The notes beneath the pieces were generated by a model, which saw nothing but the letters and a program-made list of their open reading frames with translations, ran no database searches and was not told the origin of the DNA. The position numbers and the translations under genes are program-made. A stretch of 61,123 bases of DNA, filler included. It is 5 parts of 5 records of this genome, joined end to end, with 100 filler letters (N's around TTAATTAATTAA, not from the genome) between each part and the next. Parts side by side here need not be neighbours in the genome. Positions count along the whole stretch, not along the records: positions 55,233 to 61,123 come from SRR31147125_6862; 4 more parts are not named here. The stretch is one strand, 5' to 3'. Shown here in pieces: positions 59,902 through 61,123 of the stretch. Position 1 is the stretch's first letter; the number at the start of each line of letters is the position of its first letter.

Positions 59902-61006
59902 TTAATATTCTAGACGGTTAATCCCTTTTAAATATTCATTTTGAATTTCAGTAACCATTCTATTTACATTGAAATAGGTGCGAACCTTTTCTATACCCGC
60001 TTTGCCAAATACACTACACAAATTAGGATCACTATATAAGCGAAAAATCGCCTCTGTCAAAGCATTTACATCTCCTGGAGATACAAGAAGACCATCTATC
60101 TCATGATTAATAACCTCAAGTAGGCCACCAACGGATGACGCAATAACAGGCCTACCCATTGCCATAGCCTCTATTGCGGCTAAACCAAGGCCTTCTTCAA
60201 ACGAAGGAAGGACAAATAAATCCAAAGTGGATAAATATCGTGCCACTTCGCATGGACCTCTTCCAATCCTGATTTTATCAAGTATATTGGTTTCTAAATC
60301 TTTATTATCTCTTACGGCTATAACAAATTCTATATTTTTAAATTTCTTATGTATTATTTCTGCAGATCTTTCGAATATACGTAATCCTTTTCTCGGATCA
60401 TTTCTAACTAGTGTTCCAACGCGAAATTTGGTGGTGTGTTGTAAATCAATCTTTTTATCTTCTTTATACCTGACCGCATCAAATATCGACATATCAATGC
60501 CATTATAAACAACATGTGTTTTCGTTTGCAATGCCGGACTCTTGAGCACGATAGCGTTTTTTACTGCTTTTGAAATCGCTAAAGCCCTGTGATTTAAACG
60601 TAGATAAAATCTGGCAAGTAAGCGATAATACCATGGACGGGTTATAAAGGTTGTTGTGTTGTGTTCGCTGGAAAAAATAAGGTTCACTCCACCCATTCTC
60701 GCTGCTATAGTCGCAAAAAAATTAGCCAAACATAGATGGCTATGCACAATATCTATTTTTCTTTTTTTATTAATTTATAAATAGAGAATACGCAACGAAA
60801 ATCACCTTTAAAAAATGAGTGAAAGTTTATTACCTCTATACCATATCGTTCTATTTCATATTCAACACCCTTTGACGAAGAATAATTTAGGTTATAGACG
60901 ATCGGTGTAAATTTATTGTGACTTATATATCTGACAATATCGGCTACAATACGTTGAGCACCACCTACACCTAAATCATTGATAACATATAGAACTTTTT
61001 TGTCAT
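59902..61006 (-). CDS. GT4 glycosyltransferase with homopolymer frameshifts near 60998 and 60760
   Basis: Upstream frame VLYVINDLGVGGAQRIV...; downstream frame IVHSHL...LPSFEEGLGLAAIEAMAMGRPVIAS.VGG. Confidence 0.85.
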
Positions 61007-61123
61007 AATTTTTAATATCTGATATTTTTAAGAAATAATGAAGTGATACACCTTTAGTTTAGCTAATAAAATAATTGCCATTAATAATGATCTTCGAGAT
61101 ATTGTCAATAGTTGTGGATCAAA

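Overview
The window is not one locus. It is five contigs joined by artificial 100-bp linkers (44 N + TTAATTAATTAA + 44 N) at 31778-31877, 41792-41891, 47661-47760 and 55133-55232. Contigs 1 (1-31777) and 5 (55233-61123) look like an FCB-group bacterium such as KSB1/Calditrichota (inference from gene content). Contigs 2-4 look like Bacteroidota (SusC/SusD locus, bat operon). Contig 1 is all on the minus strand: methyltransferase-ftsE-ftsX-hrcA-grpE-dnaJ-comEA-pilin-like-pilM-like-pilN/O-like, then rsmD-coaD-pta-aminotransferase-TPR, then a 17.8-kb cluster, then obgE. That cluster is the best candidate for an undescribed system. It encodes a small secreted protein paralogous to the tip of a 3170-aa repeat surface protein with a T9SS-like/FlgD-Ig C-terminal domain, a PorV-family barrel with a TPR tail, a membrane RsbW-kinase/HAMP/PP2C fusion split by a homopolymer frameshift, and a STAS protein. 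The phosphatase and STAS proteins share an IS481-transposase-like HTH module, no sigma factor is encoded in the cluster, and sigma54-like promoters precede the cluster and the STAS gene. Several genes in contigs 1 and 5 have single-base homopolymer frameshifts, most likely sequencing errors.
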